The position numbers and the translations under genes were made by a program. The notes under the pieces are model-generated. The model did not search any database and had not been told where the DNA came from. It was given only the letters and a program-made list of their open reading frames with translations. Below are positions 60,213 to 64,000 of a DNA stretch of 64,000 bases, piece by piece (position 1 is the first letter of the stretch; each line of letters starts with the position of its first letter). This DNA is from Ginglymostoma cirratum (Eukaryota), in contig JAHRHZ010000038.1 in the NCBI GenBank assembly GCA_024137785.1, positions 8,384,219 through 8,448,218 of the forward strand. The letters run 5' to 3'.

Positions 60213-63200
60213 TAGCAAAAAGGTTTAACCTTTTTACCAGCAATAGCCTTCTGCAGACTCTCACCCCCAACAAATTATCACTCTAACCTTCAACTTACTT
60301 GACTGACAAGTACACAAGTTCCTATCAGTGATACACTGCACATTCACTAGATATGATTCTGTGTCAAATTGTTGAAAAGGTGCAGTTAACTTTGAAGAGA
60401 GTTAAACAGACTAACTTACTGATACTTCTCTGACTTTGACTAAGGTTACTAAGATTCCTTTCCAACTCTGCTGCCTGGAGACTTGCCCAAACTAAAAGCT
60501 GATGTAGATTTTTTTTCTGAACTCAATTTGATTGAGGCCCGTAGCCATCTTCCTCTGTTCAATGTAAACGTTCCAATTAATAAATATCAAGCAATCATCT
60601 CACATGTAGACTGCTTGTCACTTACGTTACTTGCTTTCTTGGAAAGGCTGTTTTGGGTTTCCTGTTCACGAATGATTCTCTAACACTTAAAAGAACCACC
60701 TTCACTGAACTAAAATCAAAAATGCATTTAAGTTGTAGAGTTCAAGTTTCCAGAAAAATGATCATATACCACAGCTTACATCACAGGATGTAGAAATGCA
60801 TGAACTGTTGAAGCAGGTTAGGTAAATTACGGGGAAGAATATAGAAATCTGGTAACCACCTCCTGCTATTGGCTCAATGAAGTTAATAGCACATTCCCTG
60901 TTCATCTGACGCTGAAACCCCATCACTGCACTCTGTGAGTCCAGCTTTAAGAAGACAGTAAACAAAATGAGAAAAACAATGAACTGCAGGGGACCTAACC
61001 TTAATAAGGGATGGCAGGGTAACATTTGCAAATTGCAGCAATTGGTTATCATGTGACAAAACCCTGAGGAATACATCCAAGCAGAGTTGACAGATCTAGC
61101 CTAATCAGTTTTCAGCAGTCAACAGGAATTCTTAAATATGGCTCAACTCATGAAGAATTATGAGAGTAATTTTATGGTTACAGAATGATGGAACTTTATT
61201 TTCATAGAATATATCATTTAAGGAATAAATCCCCATTCTATGTACCAAATTAAAAATGCAAAGATATAAATCATGGAGCTCGATCCATATAATTGCAAAT
61301 CTTTTTTTCCTTACGCTCATATCTTTTTATTACAGCACATTTCTACTGGATATTTATTTCTGAGATTTTTCTTACATTTCCATATAACTTAAATGAGAAT
61401 TGCTGAACTTGAATTTGCTGTTGAACTGTACCAATTGCAATGGCTGTTTGGATCCGACTTATGTGTTTAAGTGCTACTGGTGTAATACCTCGTTTGAAAG
61501 AAGCCAGATTAGACAACCAGTCACGGCTGAAAGGGTGGTTGATGGGTGAGCAAGGCTTTTTATAATAGTGAAAATTTGGACCAATGGATAGTGGCATATC
61601 GGCCACAATCTGCACTACAATATTTCATTATAATGATCATTTTTAATTTGACTATTACAAATTAATTTGCTGACATGCTGTCTTCAAAGTTAACTCTGCA
61701 CGTTTTCAACAATTTGAAAATTTAGAAAAAGAATTAATCCTGCTACGCTTTCAAGACTCCGGCTAACATTGACTAATCATTTCAGTAGTAATGCTCAGCA
61801 AGTTTACTTTGCCATCGAAACTCAGTCAGACAAACAGGATGATAAAAGCATGACTTTGGCCATTTTCCATCAGAAGAGTCATTGATCTAAAAGTAATTTT
61901 TTTCACAGACAGCATTTTATCTACTCTGGGTTTCTACTATGAACTCTCTCATAATTTGTCTATCACTACTTCCCAAGTAGTGCTGGCCAAACGATTCCGA
62001 GGAAGTCATCATGAGGACCTTATCTTTACTCACACCCTTGCTAATTAGTCAAATGAGGGTCAGTCTACCTCATAAACTGACAGTTTTCTTTTAAATTCAT
62101 TCATGAGATGTAAGTGGTATTGGTTAGGCCAGCATTACTTGCCCATGACAGGTTGCCCATTTCAACAGAGACTTATTTCCAGGAAGGAAAAAGCTCTCCT
62201 TTGTAGCTTTGTAGATATTTACTTAATGGAGGCCTGTCAGTCTGTTTCTCTCGGAGTAATGGATTTCTTAATGATTCATTTTTTGAGTCTGTTGGTAAGA
62301 ACCTCTTGCTATTATGATGGCTTACACATTTTTAGTTCTTGCAACTTGAGAATTTCTATCTGTACTGTCCTGGCCTAAAAGCTCTACATACTAGAAATCA
62401 TGTTTGTTGTGGAGACTGCTTCCCCTGAACTGACTTAAATCGCTTGCCAAGAGAAACTGTTCTCTTCTGAAAGTTCTGGAGGGATATGGGCCAGCAGCAG
62501 GCAAGTGGGACTAGTTTAGTTTGGGTTTATGTTCAGCACGAACTGGTTGGACTGAAGGGTCTGTTTTCATGTTGTATGACTCTGTGACTCTATATACTGA
62601 ACTCATTTAGTTCAAATTGTCTCTTAATTCTTCCTACCAAAAATCCATTGTTTATTTGCATTAACTGTATCTGCAGTGTACCTACCCATTTTATTAGTCT
62701 TCCTCAAACCTCCAGATGATAGTTACTATCCTCCTCACTTATTGACTACATTTCTAAGTTTGCATCATCTCCAAACTTTTAAATTATGTACAAGTCCAAA
62801 GTCCAGGTCAGTGATATGTTGAAGACTAATGCTCCTAATGCTGATCCACTGTTAACATTGCTCCAGTCAGTAAAATGACCACTCATCACTGTTCTTTGCT
62901 TTCTGTTCCTAATCACCCTTAAAGAATGACAGAATGGTTACAGCATTGAAGGCGATCATTCAGCCTGTTGTTTGGTGCCAGCTTTTTGCAAGAGCAACTG
63001 CGTTATTCCCATTGCCTGGCCTTTTCCTCATAGCAACACAATGTTTTTTTTTCTTTCAGCCAAATCCCTTTTTAAACCTATATTGAATCCTCCTCCACCA
63101 TGCACCGTCAGGCAGTGCAATCGAGATTGTAACTGTTTTTTCTCCAATTTGTTTCTGAGGGTGATACTCATTGGGAGAGCCAGGGCAGGCACAATGGGCC

Positions 63201-63851
63201 ACACGGCATCTTCTTGTGCCCTAAAAATTCTGCAATTCTGATTCAGGGACATAGACATTAATTGGATTAGTCCACAGAATACAATAGGGGTTTGCAATAG
63301 TGTTCTACAGGATAAGTGGCAAGCAGACTCTCTCTGCTGTTACTGCCTGACCTTAGGCAATGGGAAAGTTCATAACCTGATAATCAGCCTGTTTTGCTCC
63401 ATTACAAATGCACCTTCCGTGGCCAGCAGGTCCTGCGTTGGACTCAAACCAGGAATGTCTGACACAGGAGAGGAATCAGGGCCAACAAACATCCTTCAGA
63501 CCCTAACTACCGAGTACATAAAGAAAAGTTTTATCAGTCACCTTAAATCTGGCTCTCGATCCATCTACCAACAGGCCAGGGCCTTCATGACTTTGAACAC
63601 CTTTATCAATCTTCTCCAATCTGTGCATGTAGTTGAGGCTGTTCATTCCTTGAAGCATTCGCCTGATTTTTTTTTCCCCTGCGCCTTGCTCATGCCTTCC
63701 AGAAGTATGATGCCAAAAACTGGACTAAATATGTCAACTGAGAGTGAATCATCATTTTTTACTTTACTGTCTCTTTAACCTCATGGGCTTCAAACTGTCT
63801 CTGTATGAATTTTTCTGTATAAAATGAAACATTGATTCAAGCAACATCATT

Positions 63852-63947
63852 AGTTCTGAAGAAGAGTCACCAGACTGGAAATGTTAACTCTGCTTTCTTA
63901 CTCTAGATGCTGCCTTCTGAGTTTTGCCAGCAATTTCAGTTTTTGCT
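63852..63947 (+). mobile_element. Degenerate hammerhead-bearing mini-element
   Basis: agttctgaagaagagtcaccagactggaaatgttaactctg...gatgctgcc. Confidence 0.7.
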
Positions 63948-64000
63948 CCATTAACTTACTGACTGGTCTTTAATTGATGTTCAGTACCATGTTGCCACCT

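Noticed and set aside
53500-64000. Exons of a downstream neighbouring gene (e.g. ORFs 61343..61615 and 63419..63778)
   Set aside because: No recognisable protein similarity or consistent splice signals. A UTR or divergent exon cannot be excluded without RNA-seq.

Overview
This is eukaryotic, repeat-rich vertebrate DNA, most likely from a shark or ray (HE1/V-SINE, Deu-type SINEs, CR1 and Penelope-like repeats). It carries one protein-coding gene on the + strand: the Na+/Cl--dependent glycine transporter GlyT1 (slc6a9). Twelve coding exons (12545-48265) splice in frame with GT-AG boundaries to 1902 nt (633 codons plus stop). The short first coding exon was not identified with confidence. The rest is intron, 3' UTR or intergenic DNA. 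It contains decayed CR1/L2 LINEs, SINEs, a 5'-truncated Penelope-like retroelement (RT plus GIY-YIG), two decayed two-gene Harbinger transposons, a solo LTR, minisatellites and a 400-N gap. The most striking non-genic signal is more than a dozen minimal hammerhead-ribozyme motifs (CTGAnGA-stem II-GAAA-palindromic helix III) in three sequence variants. They sit in Penelope-derived mini-elements that are mostly foldback (inverted-pair) insertions flanked by 7-16 bp direct repeats. Repeat boundaries were read by eye and are approximate. Comparisons with mammalian GlyT1 and repeat consensus motifs are from recalled knowledge, not a database search.
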